From an uncultured Bacilli bacterium (GTDB lineage Bacteria > Bacillota_I > Bacilli_A > RF39 > UBA660): 64,000 nt of DNA. Where the stretch lies: the NCBI GenBank assembly GCA_947627435.1, contig CANQWB010000002.1, positions 16,643 to 80,642 of the forward strand, given 5' to 3'. The notes beneath the pieces are model-generated. The model was not told the origin of the DNA. It worked only from the letters and a program-made list of their open reading frames with translations, and did not search any database. Positions 1-8,154 of the stretch are shown here, piece by piece. A program made the position numbers and the translations under genes. Positions within the stretch are counted from its first letter, which is position 1; each line of letters starts with the position of its first letter.

Positions 1-206
1 GTAAACCAATGTTTTTAGATGTCTATTTGTTAGAAAAAGATATTGATTTAGATGAAATTACATTGCAAAAAGAGGAAGTAGAAGAAGCTTGTTATATTCC
101 ATGTGACCATTTGTATCATTGGCATCCAGAAATGGGAGAGCTTGTAAAACAGCCATATTTATCTGATTTATTTCAAATATTGAAGGAGAAAACCCATGAA
201 TGTTAG
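1..206 (+). CDS. 3' end of a gene starting upstream of the window; possibly a NUDIX-type hydrolase C-terminus
   Basis: The frame of ORF 9..206 is open from the window edge to TAG 204-206 and overlaps the next start. The product guess rests only on weak resemblance. Confidence 0.3.
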   Translation, partial: KPMFLDVYLLEKDIDLDEITLQKEEVEEACYIPCDHLYHWHPEMGELVKQPYLSDLFQILKEKTHEC

Positions 207-729
207 AATATTAAAAGTAGGCTATTTAGAAACAAATTGTTATATCTTAGAGAAAAATAATTCTTGTTTGATTATTGATCCAGGGGATAATGCATATTTC
301 ATTAAACAACAATTAGGAAAAAATGAACTACTTGCTATACTCATTACCCATCATCATGAAGATCATATTGGTGCATTAGATCAACTCGTACAATCCTATA
401 CAGTACCTGTTTATGATGCATATAATACAGAGGAACAATCTTATCAAGTGGGGCCGTTTCAATTTAACGTAATTGCAACGCCAGGTCATTCTAGTGATTC
501 TATTACATTTTATTTTCCATCGTACCAAATGATGTTTGTGGGAGATTTTATTTTTAAAAATAGTATTGGTAGAATGGATTTACCAACTGGTGACGAAAAT
601 GAAATGAAACAAAGCATCAAAAAAATAAAACAGTATGCAGATGAAATTCGTTGTTATCCAGGCCATGGCGATGTTACTACATTAAGTGATGAAAAAAGAA
701 ATAATCCTTTCTTCATAGATTCAAAATAA
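196..729 (+). CDS. MBL-fold metallo-hydrolase
   Basis: 177 aa. HxHxDH metal motif (ITHHHEDHIGAL) plus later PGHS and PGHG histidines typical of the metallo-beta-lactamase fold. Confidence 0.8.
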   Translation: MNVRILKVGYLETNCYILEKNNSCLIIDPGDNAYFIKQQLGKNELLAILITHHHEDHIGALDQLVQSYTVPVYDAYNTEEQSYQVGPFQFNVIATPGHSSDSITFYFPSYQMMFVGDFIFKNSIGRMDLPTGDENEMKQSIKKIKQYADEIRCYPGHGDVTTLSDEKRNNPFFIDSK

Positions 730-772
730 AATAGATTGCCACGTAAATAGTGTAAAATAAAATAGATATTTC

Positions 773-801
773 TTGCATTTAAAATAAAACTATGATAATC
801 T
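773..801 (+). promoter_or_regulatory. candidate sigma-A promoter for pilin-like gene 1
   Basis: TTGCAT (773-778), 17-nt spacer, TAATCT (796-801) preceded by TG (793-794). A weaker match than the promoter at 2360-2388. Confidence 0.3.
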
Positions 802-814
802 AAATGTAGAAATC

Positions 815-895
815 AATCATAAAATAGTTTCAAATAGTAAGCATTTCTAATATTTGCTATTTGTAAACGGGGGGGGGTACCCTCTTTTTTATTGT
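815..895 (+). promoter_or_regulatory. conserved 5' leader element, copy 1 (long stem-loop, then G9 tract and terminator-like hairpin)
   Basis: 81 nt nearly identical to 2404-2486. Stem 827-868. G9-TA-CCC-TC-T6 at 869-890. Confidence 0.5.
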
Positions 896-987
896 GTTGA
901 AAAGAGAAATAAAATATAGTACACTGATAGTGTATATAAGAATAAAAGAATAAAAAAAGTATCAAAATAGGAGTGGGAGTGGTTCTA

Positions 988-2340
988 ATGAAAAATATGG
1001 AAAATATGAAGAAAAAAGGATTTACATTAATAGAATTATTGGCAGTAATCGTGGTATTATCTGTAATCGCCTTAATTACAGTACCAATGATAATGAATGT
1101 AATAGAGAAAACTAGAAAAGAAGCATTCAAAGATAGTGTATTAGGAGCATTTACAACTTTGGATTATTATTTATTAGAAAATGATTTACAAGATATACCA
1201 GAAGCAGGAATAGAAGTAAAGGATTTGAAATTAAAAAATAATTCATTTGAATATGGGATTATAATCAAAAATAGTGAAGGCAAATTAGAAGCCATTAATG
1301 TAAGTGATGGAAAGTACTGTGCACAAGGAGAACAAACGAAACTAGAAATAAATAAAGGAGAATGTGATGCAGAGGCACCAACAGTAGAAGTAGAAGTGGA
1401 AGGTAAAAAAGCAACAATAACATTAAGAGATAATGTAGGAGTAATAGGATATGCAGTAACAGAAAAAGGAAAAGAAGTAACAGAATGGACAACCATTTCT
1501 GAAACGAAAGAAATCACAAAAGAATGGGAAGCAGAAAAAGCAGGAGAGTATACTGCATGGGTAAAAGATAAATATGGAAAAGTGAATCATGAAGATTTTA
1601 CAATAAAAGAAAGTGCATTCTGTGCATATAAAGCAGGAGAATTTGTGCAAACATTTGAAAATATAGGGAATGTAGAAGAATTTACAGTACCATGTGATGG
1701 AATCTATAAATTAGAAGTATGGGGTGCACAAGGTGGCTCTGCAGGTGGGGCTAGTGGAGGAAAAGGTGGATATTCTATTGGATATAGGAAGTTTGTACAG
1801 GGTTCTTCACTTTATATCTATGCTGGAGCGCAAGGTGCAAGTAGTCCGGGAAGTGGTAATGTCGGAAACGAAAGCTTTGGTAGAGGTGGAAGTGCATCTT
1901 ACATCACTACAAAATCTGGTCTTTTATCAACATTCAATGATGATAGAGCGTCAGTACTTATAGTTGCTGGAGGCGGCGGAGGCGGATATCAATATGTTGG
2001 ATACAGTAACAAAGTGTACACTAATAATATAACCGGTGGAACTGGTGGTGGATTAGATGGAGGATCGAGTGCTAACAAACTTGGTAATTTAGGACTTGGA
2101 GGATCTCAGTCTAGTGGTCCTGGGGGATTTGGAGCTGCCGGTGGTAGCCTTGGTGGAGGCGGCTGGTATGGTGGCGGTGGAGCTGGAAACACTAATGTTG
2201 CAGGAGGTGGTGGTTCTGGCTATATTGATGGAGTTCCAGAAATTACTGACAATGAAACTACTTATTCGCCTTCAACAGAAAATGGAGTACAATCCGGAAA
2301 TGGAAAAGCCCAAATCACCTTAGTATCAATAGCCGAATAA
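988..2340 (+). CDS. prepilin-type N-terminal cleavage/methylation protein with an Ig-like middle region and a C-terminal glycine-rich (ALK/LTK-like) domain
   Basis: GGGAG 975-979 then ATG 988; the track start at 973 is GTG. The leader MKNMENMKKKG|FTLIELLAVIVVLSVIAL is a class III signal with Glu+5. The C-terminus reads FTVPCDGIYKLEVWGAQGG...GGGGWYGGGGAG. Confidence 0.8.
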   Translation: MKNMENMKKKGFTLIELLAVIVVLSVIALITVPMIMNVIEKTRKEAFKDSVLGAFTTLDYYLLENDLQDIPEAGIEVKDLKLKNNSFEYGIIIKNSEGKLEAINVSDGKYCAQGEQTKLEINKGECDAEAPTVEVEVEGKKATITLRDNVGVIGYAVTEKGKEVTEWTTISETKEITKEWEAEKAGEYTAWVKDKYGKVNHEDFTIKESAFCAYKAGEFVQTFENIGNVEEFTVPCDGIYKLEVWGAQGGSAGGASGGKGGYSIGYRKFVQGSSLYIYAGAQGASSPGSGNVGNESFGRGGSASYITTKSGLLSTFNDDRASVLIVAGGGGGGYQYVGYSNKVYTNNITGGTGGGLDGGSSANKLGNLGLGGSQSSGPGGFGAAGGSLGGGGWYGGGGAGNTNVAGGGGSGYIDGVPEITDNETTYSPSTENGVQSGNGKAQITLVSIAE

Positions 2341-2353
2341 TATAAGATAAATA

Positions 2354-2380
2354 AGAGTCTTGAAAACAAGATTCTTTTTT
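2354..2380 (+). terminator. intrinsic terminator after pilin-like gene 1
   Basis: GAGTCTTG-aaaa-CAAGATTC stem (one G:U pair) followed by T6. Confidence 0.6.
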
Positions 2381-2388
2381 GTTATAAT
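2360..2388 (+). promoter_or_regulatory. sigma-A promoter for pilin-like gene 2
   Basis: TTGAAA (2360-2365), 17-nt spacer, TATAAT (2383-2388), with TGt giving an extended -10. It overlaps the preceding terminator. Confidence 0.6.
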
Positions 2389-2403
2389 GAGTATGTCAGA
2401 TAA

Positions 2404-2486
2404 AATCATAGAATAGTTTCAAATAGTAAGCCTTTTTGATATTTGCTATTTGTAAACGGGGGGGGGGTACCCCTCTTTTTTATTGT
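2404..2486 (+). promoter_or_regulatory. conserved 5' leader element, copy 2 (long stem-loop, then G10 tract and terminator-like hairpin)
   Basis: 83 nt. By hand alignment it differs from 815-895 by 4 substitutions plus one extra G and one extra C. Stem 2416-2457. G10-TA-CCCC-TC-T6 at 2458-2481. Confidence 0.5.
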
Positions 2487-2503
2487 CTGAAGGAGAGATG
2501 TAT

Positions 2504-4024
2504 ATGAAGAAAAAAGGGTTCGCAACAAGTGCCATATTGTACACGATTTTACTTTTATTTTTGGTATTATTAGTAGGAATCTTAAATAATTTACAAAATA
2601 GAAAAATGATATTGGATACATTGAAAGAACAAACAAAACAAGAATTAGAAAATAGAAAAGAAAAATTAGAAGATAATCAATATTATGAAAAACTCTTAAA
2701 TGGTGCATATCCAGAATTAAAAGAAGGATTGATTCCTGTAACAATCGAAAAAGATGGAACTGTAAAGAAAGCAGATTTGACAAAAGAATGGTATAGTTAT
2801 GAGAAAAAAGAGTGGGCCAATGCAGTCATATTAAAAGATGAGACAAAAACCTATAAAGAGGAAGCAATTATACCAGAATCCAATATAGAAAGTTACTTTG
2901 TATGGATACCCAAATATAGTTATCAAATATGGGACTTAGGACAATATTCATCCATAACTAAGGAAGATGGAAAAAAAGTGCATGAAATACCAATTGTATT
3001 TGGATCGACAAATACCAATGATGAAATAGAAGACGAATGTACTACACCAATGAATGAAAATAAAACACAAGGGTTGGCAGGAGAAACTGGAAAATGTCAA
3101 GTAGGAGATTATATGACACATCCTGCATTTATTGCATTCAACGTTAAAGGATTTTGGGTAGGAAAATTTGAAACGGGATATGATGGAGCAAATAGTACTA
3201 CAACTGCACAGGTAAATAATAATGATTTTAGTAAAATTATTATTAAACCAAATGTATATAGTTGGAGAAATATCAGCGTTGGTAATGCCTTTAAAGCCAG
3301 TTACGACTATAAAAGAGAATTCAATTCTCATATGATGAAGAATACAGAATGGGGAGCAGTAACTTATTTGCAATATTCTAAATATGGAAGTAATACGACT
3401 AAAGTACGTATTAATAATAACAATTCAATGATTACCGGATATGCTTCGACAGAAGAACCAACAAAAGGACAAAGTGTAAATAGTATTAGTGGCAATCGTC
3501 ATGAATCAACTGCCTTGAATAAAGATGGAACATATACTAAAATGTATAATACCGAGACAGGATATTTAGCGAGTACAACTAGAAATATTACTGGTATATA
3601 TGATTTAAATGGAGGTGCAATTGAATATACCACAGGCTATACAACAAGTGCGAATAGTATAGGAGGATCTAGTGGAATTACATTATTGTATTCAGATTTT
3701 TTTACCAATAAACAATGGGAACCATATTATGATAAATATACCGCAAAGAATAATACTCAATATAACAATCGAATATTAGGAGATGCTACGGGAGAAATGG
3801 GTCCAATTGGGCAAGCGACTGTTTCTTCAGCTGACAATGTAGTAAGGCCTTTCACAAGTTGGTATTATGATTGCTTTTGCTTTGTAACAAATACGGGTCC
3901 ATGGTTTAGACGTGGCGGTCATGTAAACAATGGAGCAATTGCAGGTATAGTTGCAGCAGATGGAAATGATGGAGCAGCTACAGATGGTATTTCTTTCCGC
4001 ATTGTACTTGCATGGAATAAATGA
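2504..4024 (+). CDS. pilin-like protein lacking Glu+5, with a large C-terminal globular domain (weak FGE/C-type-lectin-like resemblance)
   Basis: AGGAG 2491-2495 then ATG 2504; the track start at 2483 is TTG. The N-terminus is MKKKG|FATSAILYTILLLFLVLLVGIL. The C-terminus ends ...WFRRGGHVNNG...GISFRIVLAW. Confidence 0.7.
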   Translation: MKKKGFATSAILYTILLLFLVLLVGILNNLQNRKMILDTLKEQTKQELENRKEKLEDNQYYEKLLNGAYPELKEGLIPVTIEKDGTVKKADLTKEWYSYEKKEWANAVILKDETKTYKEEAIIPESNIESYFVWIPKYSYQIWDLGQYSSITKEDGKKVHEIPIVFGSTNTNDEIEDECTTPMNENKTQGLAGETGKCQVGDYMTHPAFIAFNVKGFWVGKFETGYDGANSTTTAQVNNNDFSKIIIKPNVYSWRNISVGNAFKASYDYKREFNSHMMKNTEWGAVTYLQYSKYGSNTTKVRINNNNSMITGYASTEEPTKGQSVNSISGNRHESTALNKDGTYTKMYNTETGYLASTTRNITGIYDLNGGAIEYTTGYTTSANSIGGSSGITLLYSDFFTNKQWEPYYDKYTAKNNTQYNNRILGDATGEMGPIGQATVSSADNVVRPFTSWYYDCFCFVTNTGPWFRRGGHVNNGAIAGIVAADGNDGAATDGISFRIVLAWNK

Positions 4025-4063
4025 TTCTCATAGAATAAAAATAAATAAGAAAAATGATATTTT

Positions 4064-4090
4064 AAGAGAACTAATATTCTCTTTTTTTTT
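4064..4090 (+). terminator. intrinsic terminator after pilin-like gene 2
   Basis: AAGAGAA-ctaata-TTCTCTT stem followed by a T-run. Confidence 0.6.
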
Positions 4091-4150
4091 GTATTCTTTT
4101 TTTCAGATAATATGTTACATAGTGTATATTATCATTTTTTTTAAAATTTC

Positions 4151-4192
4151 TTTACAAATAATCTTTACAAAAGTATATTTAAATAGTAAAAT
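4151..4192 (+). promoter_or_regulatory. Pmra-type promoter region (two overlapping candidates)
   Basis: TTTACA (4151)-17 nt-TATATT (4174-4179) and TTTACA (4164)-17 nt-TAAAAT (4187-4192). Confidence 0.5.
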
Positions 4193-4193
4193 A

Positions 4194-4228
4194 GTGGTAA
4201 CGAGTGGTTAAAAGTGGAGATAAGTGGG
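4194..4228 (+). promoter_or_regulatory. MraZ operator: four direct GTGG repeats at 10-bp phasing
   Basis: GTGG starts at 4194, 4204, 4214 and 4224 (aGTGGTaacgaGTGGTtaaaaGTGGAgataaGTGGG), between the -10 and the mraZ start. Confidence 0.65.
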
Positions 4229-4235
4229 TGATTTT

Positions 4236-4667
4236 ATGTTCATGGGGGAATATCATCATACAATTGATGAAAAAGGAAGATTAACACTTCCCGCAAAAAT
4301 AAGAGAACAACTTGGCGAAGAATTTATTGTCACTCGAGGCCTTGATAATTGCCTATTTGTATATCGACAAGATGAATGGAATCAAGTTATTCTAAAATAT
4401 AAAGAGCTTCCGAACACCAAAGACGCTCGTAACTTCATGCGTTTCTTTTTATCAGGCGCAACTTTGACTAGCTTTGATAAACAAGGAAGAATTAATATCC
4501 CATCACCACTCAGTCAATACGCAGGATTACAAAAAGACTGTGTCATTATAGGAGTAAATGACCGATTAGAAATTTGGAATCAAACCGCATGGAATCAATT
4601 TATTGATACCAATGAAGAAAATTTTTCAGATATTGCCGATAAGTTGTTTTCAGCAGAACTTGGGTGA
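4236..4667 (+). CDS. mraZ: transcriptional regulator MraZ
   Basis: MFMGEYHHTIDEKGRLTLPAKIREQLG... matches the Bacillus MraZ N-terminus. A second SpoVT/AbrB-like half is present (DKQGRINIPSPL). ATG 4236 is preferred over GTG 4224. Confidence 0.9.
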   Translation: MFMGEYHHTIDEKGRLTLPAKIREQLGEEFIVTRGLDNCLFVYRQDEWNQVILKYKELPNTKDARNFMRFFLSGATLTSFDKQGRINIPSPLSQYAGLQKDCVIIGVNDRLEIWNQTAWNQFIDTNEENFSDIADKLFSAELG

Positions 4668-4672
4668 CCAGA

Positions 4673-5590
4673 ATGCATAAAAGTGTGTTATTAGAAGAAT
4701 GCTTACAATATCTTAATTTAAAGGACACAAGTATTATTGTAGACTGTACTTTAGGATATGGTGGACATAGTAGTGAAATTTTAAAAAAAATTCCCAAAGG
4801 ATATTTATATGCATTTGATCAAGATCAGGAAGCTATTACATATAGTAGTTTGTATTTGAAAAAAATTGCTCCCAATTATGAAATTATCAAAAGTAATTTC
4901 GTTCAATTAACCGAAGAACTAAAAAAAAGAAAGATACAAGAAGTGGATGGAATCTTATTCGATTTAGGCGTTTCTAGTCCACAGTTAGATGAGGATTATC
5001 GTGGTTTTAGTTTTCATAAAGATGCACCACTAGATATGCGAATGAATCAAGATAGCAACTTTTCTGCTTATGATGTTGTCAATACTTATGCATATAACGA
5101 TTTGGTCAGAATTTTACGTGACTATGGAGAAGAAAAATATGCAACAAGTATTGCCTCTCATATCATAAAAGCAAGAGAACAACAACCAATTCAAACGACA
5201 TTAGAATTGGTAGAGATTATCAAAAATAGTGTACCTGAAAAATATAAAAGAGAAAAACATCCAGCCCGTAAAGTATTTCAGGCAATTCGTATTGAAGTAA
5301 ATCATGAATTAGAAGTATTTGAAAGTGCTTTAATACAAGCTTTATCTCTGATTAAAGTAGGAGGAAGAATTTGTGTTATCACATTTCATTCTTTGGAAGA
5401 TCGCATTTGTAAAAATAAATTCAAAGAAGTGAGTGAAATAGATAAAACACTTGCAAAGTTACCTGTTATTCCAGAAGAATATCAACCAAAATATAAGTGT
5501 ATTGCAGTCGTAGAAGCAAGTGACCAAGAATTAGAGGAAAACAATCGTGCTCGAAGTGCAAAACTAAGAGTAATTGAAAGAATAAAATAA
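4673..5590 (+). CDS. rsmH: 16S rRNA (cytosine1402-N4)-methyltransferase RsmH
   Basis: VDCTLGYGGHS, FDLGVSSPQLD and FHSLEDR motifs. It follows mraZ. ATG 4673 is preferred over the overlapping GTG 4664. Confidence 0.9.
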   Translation: MHKSVLLEECLQYLNLKDTSIIVDCTLGYGGHSSEILKKIPKGYLYAFDQDQEAITYSSLYLKKIAPNYEIIKSNFVQLTEELKKRKIQEVDGILFDLGVSSPQLDEDYRGFSFHKDAPLDMRMNQDSNFSAYDVVNTYAYNDLVRILRDYGEEKYATSIASHIIKAREQQPIQTTLELVEIIKNSVPEKYKREKHPARKVFQAIRIEVNHELEVFESALIQALSLIKVGGRICVITFHSLEDRICKNKFKEVSEIDKTLAKLPVIPEEYQPKYKCIAVVEASDQELEENNRARSAKLRVIERIK

Positions 5591-5601
5591 GGAGGAAAAA
5601 C

Positions 5602-5901
5602 ATGGCAAGAAAGAAAGCTAGAAAAGTACGTATCACCAAAGGAGAACGATTATTGTATGGAACTGCAGTTCTTTGTTTTGCCATGACAATATTACTCAAA
5701 ATTTTCTGTGGCGCTGGGACACAACATTTAAGTATGAGTGTCGAAAAAGTCCGTTATGAAATTAACAATCAAGAAAAGCGAAATGAAAGTTTGACTATGC
5801 AAGTAAATGAACTTACATCATTTGATAAAATTAAAGATATTGTAAAAGATATGGGTTTAGCGTATAATAATAACAATATAATAGTAATCAATAATGACTG
5901 A
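5602..5901 (+). CDS. ftsL: cell division protein FtsL
   Basis: 99 aa with a basic N-terminus, one TM helix and a coiled-coil tail. It lies between rsmH and pbpB and has a strong RBS (AAGGAGG). Confidence 0.7.
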   Translation: MARKKARKVRITKGERLLYGTAVLCFAMTILLKIFCGAGTQHLSMSVEKVRYEINNQEKRNESLTMQVNELTSFDKIKDIVKDMGLAYNNNNIIVINND

Positions 5902-5909
5902 GGTGTTGT

Positions 5910-8108
5910 ATGAATACAAAGAGAAAGAAGAAAAAAACATGGAACGTACCTAAATTTGTTTTTTATTTCTTTTTTCTTTGTCTTTTTTTATTGTATTTGC
6001 AATTTGGTTATCTTTCTTTATCAAGTAAAATATATGGAAAAGATATGGATGCCTTTGCTCTTACACGCAATACTGTACATCGAACAATCAAAGCAACTCG
6101 TGGTCGCATTTTTGATAGCAGTCAAAATATATTAGCACTCAATGTAAGTTCCTATACCATCATTGCGCATATGGAACCAAGTCAAGTATATATGGGAGAT
6201 TTCTATATTAAAAATAATGAAACAGATATGGTGGCTGAAAAACTGGCTCCTGTATTAGAAGTAGAAGTAGATACATTAAAAGGTTTGTTCGATCGAGGCA
6301 AAGCCAATCATGCATATCAAATTGAGTTTGGTAGTGCTGGTAAAGGACTTACTGAATTAAAAAAAGAAGAAATTGAAGAATTAGGAATTGCTGGAATTGA
6401 TTTTATTGAAAGTCAAAAACGTTACTATCCAAATGGTGATTTTGCATCCTATATTATTGGATATGCCAAAGATACAGAAGTAGAAGAAACAGATGATAAC
6501 GGAAATACTTCAACAGTAGTAGAAATTGTAGGAGAACTTGGAATTGAATCAAAATATAATGACTTATTAAAAGGAACCGATGGTTATATTGAGTATCAAC
6601 AAGATCGATATGGTTATAAAATCGCAGGTACGAAAGAAACTTCAGTAGATAGTATTGATGGATATGATATTTATCTAACATTGGATGCGAATATTCAAAG
6701 ATTTATAGAAACTGCAATAAAAGATGCACAAGCAATTTACAATCCAGAATGGTTGATGATTACGGCGATGGATGCTAAAACAGGAGATATTTTGGGAACG
6801 AGTGCAACACCTTCTTTTGATCCTAATATACGTGACATTGTAAATTATGAAAATCCTCTTGTTTCTCAACCTTTTGAGCCAGGATCTACCATGAAAACAT
6901 ATACTTATATGTGTGCCATTGAAAATGGAAAATACAATGGAAATGAAACTTTTTTATCTGGTCACTATGAAATGGGAGAATATACCATTAATGATTGGAA
7001 TGAAGGTCGTGGATGGGGAACCATTACTTTTGATAAAGGATATACATTTTCAAGCAATGTTGGAATTGCCAATTTAATAGAACGTCATCTTTCTAGAAAA
7101 GAATTACAAGATTGTTTTAAAAAATATGGATTTGGCGAAAAGACAAATATCGAATTATCGCGTGAACAAACAGGATCTTTACGTTTTGTCTATCCTATTG
7201 AAGTAACTACGGCAGGATTTGGACAGGGAATTACCACTACTGCTATTCAACAATTACAAGCACTTACATTAATTTCTAATAACGGAAAAATGTTGAGACC
7301 ACACATTGTGAGTAAAATTATGGATCCCAATACCAATGAAGTTTATTATGAACGTCAAAAAGAAGAAAGCGATCAATTGATTAAAACTTCTACCGCTCAA
7401 AAAATAAAAGAATTAATGTACAATACAATTCATGATCGTGATGTTGGTTCTACAGGATATATGTATGACATTGAAGGATTAGAAATTATTGGAAAAACAG
7501 GAACTTCACAGATTTTTGATAATCAAACTGGTGAATACCTAAGCGGATCTAACTCTTATATTTTTTCATTTGCTGGTATGTATCCAAATGATGATCCGCA
7601 AATTATTATTTATGCAGCAATTAAATTGCCAACTTGGGGTGGAAATGCTGGATTAGTATCTGTTACAAAATCTGTCATTGAGAGTATCGCAAAATATAAA
7701 AATATGTTTGAGGTTCAAACAGATCCAGTAGAACAAAATAGTTATTATGTTGCTTCTTATTATAATAAGACAGTACAGAGTGTTGTAGAAGAATTGAATC
7801 AAAACCATATTGATGTTACTGTAGTTGGAAATGGTGATAAGATTATCAATCAGTCTATAAAAGAGGGTACAAGAGTTGTTGCCGGAGACAAAATTATTTT
7901 GTTAACCAATGGCAATGAATATACTATGCCAAATTTATATAATTGGAGTCGTAAAGATATTGTTCGCTTTTTTGACCTATGTCATTTAGCTTATCAAATA
8001 GAAGGATATGGGTTTGTAGTAAGTCAAAGTATTCCTGCTGGAACTGTTATTACAGATGATATGGTAGTGACATTGACATTAGAAGCGAATTCAATCGGAA
8101 CCTCATAG
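5910..8108 (+). CDS. pbpB: class B penicillin-binding protein (division transpeptidase, PBP2B/FtsI type) with C-terminal PASTA repeats
   Basis: N-terminal TM helix. Transpeptidase motifs STMK (PGSTMKTY), SSN (FSSNVG) and KTGT (GKTGTSQ). Two PASTA-like repeats at the C-terminus. Confidence 0.85.
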   Translation: MNTKRKKKKTWNVPKFVFYFFFLCLFLLYLQFGYLSLSSKIYGKDMDAFALTRNTVHRTIKATRGRIFDSSQNILALNVSSYTIIAHMEPSQVYMGDFYIKNNETDMVAEKLAPVLEVEVDTLKGLFDRGKANHAYQIEFGSAGKGLTELKKEEIEELGIAGIDFIESQKRYYPNGDFASYIIGYAKDTEVEETDDNGNTSTVVEIVGELGIESKYNDLLKGTDGYIEYQQDRYGYKIAGTKETSVDSIDGYDIYLTLDANIQRFIETAIKDAQAIYNPEWLMITAMDAKTGDILGTSATPSFDPNIRDIVNYENPLVSQPFEPGSTMKTYTYMCAIENGKYNGNETFLSGHYEMGEYTINDWNEGRGWGTITFDKGYTFSSNVGIANLIERHLSRKELQDCFKKYGFGEKTNIELSREQTGSLRFVYPIEVTTAGFGQGITTTAIQQLQALTLISNNGKMLRPHIVSKIMDPNTNEVYYERQKEESDQLIKTSTAQKIKELMYNTIHDRDVGSTGYMYDIEGLEIIGKTGTSQIFDNQTGEYLSGSNSYIFSFAGMYPNDDPQIIIYAAIKLPTWGGNAGLVSVTKSVIESIAKYKNMFEVQTDPVEQNSYYVASYYNKTVQSVVEELNQNHIDVTVVGNGDKIINQSIKEGTRVVAGDKIILLTNGNEYTMPNLYNWSRKDIVRFFDLCHLAYQIEGYGFVVSQSIPAGTVITDDMVVTLTLEANSIGTS

Positions 8109-8110
8109 GT

Positions 8111-8138
8111 TTACGATTTGAATGAATTATGGTACAAT
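8111..8138 (+). promoter_or_regulatory. candidate promoter for pilin-like gene 3
   Basis: TTACGA-16 nt-TACAAT with TGg giving an extended -10 (8130-8138), directly after the pbpB stop. Confidence 0.35.
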
Positions 8139-8154
8139 AGAATTAGGTGAGCAT

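Noticed and set aside
1167-2323. Alternative-frame and antisense ORFs inside pilin-like gene 1 (1167..1517, 1295..1492, 1423..1650 on the minus strand; 1724..1963 and 2096..2323 on the plus strand).
   Set aside because: They are by-products of the biased, repeat-like Gly/Glu/Lys coding sequence. The main frame has the signal peptide, the RBS and a recognisable domain pattern.
869-2467. G-quadruplex formation by the G9/G10 tracts.
   Set aside because: Each leader has only one G-run. An intramolecular quadruplex needs four, and pairing with the adjacent C-run plus U-tract is the simpler reading.
815-2486. Assigning the leader to a known riboswitch, for example c-di-GMP classes known upstream of clostridial pilin genes.
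   Set aside because: The sequence and predicted fold (a single long AU-rich hairpin plus a G/C hairpin) do not resemble the c-di-GMP-I/II consensus as I remember it. It is left as an unclassified candidate pending cmsearch.
813-2783. Minus-strand ORFs 813..1130 and 2406..2783 that overlap the conserved leader copies (both translate GTPP... across the poly-G/C tract).
   Set aside because: They run antisense through promoters, leaders and the pilin-gene starts. They have low-complexity Ile/Phe/Leu-rich composition and no RBS. Their shared peptide is just the translated repeat.
3951-4211. 86-aa hydrophobic ORF between pilin-like gene 2 and mraZ.
   Set aside because: It starts inside the upstream gene, spans its terminator and the Pmra promoter, and has no RBS. 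The AT-rich intergenic DNA simply happens to be open.
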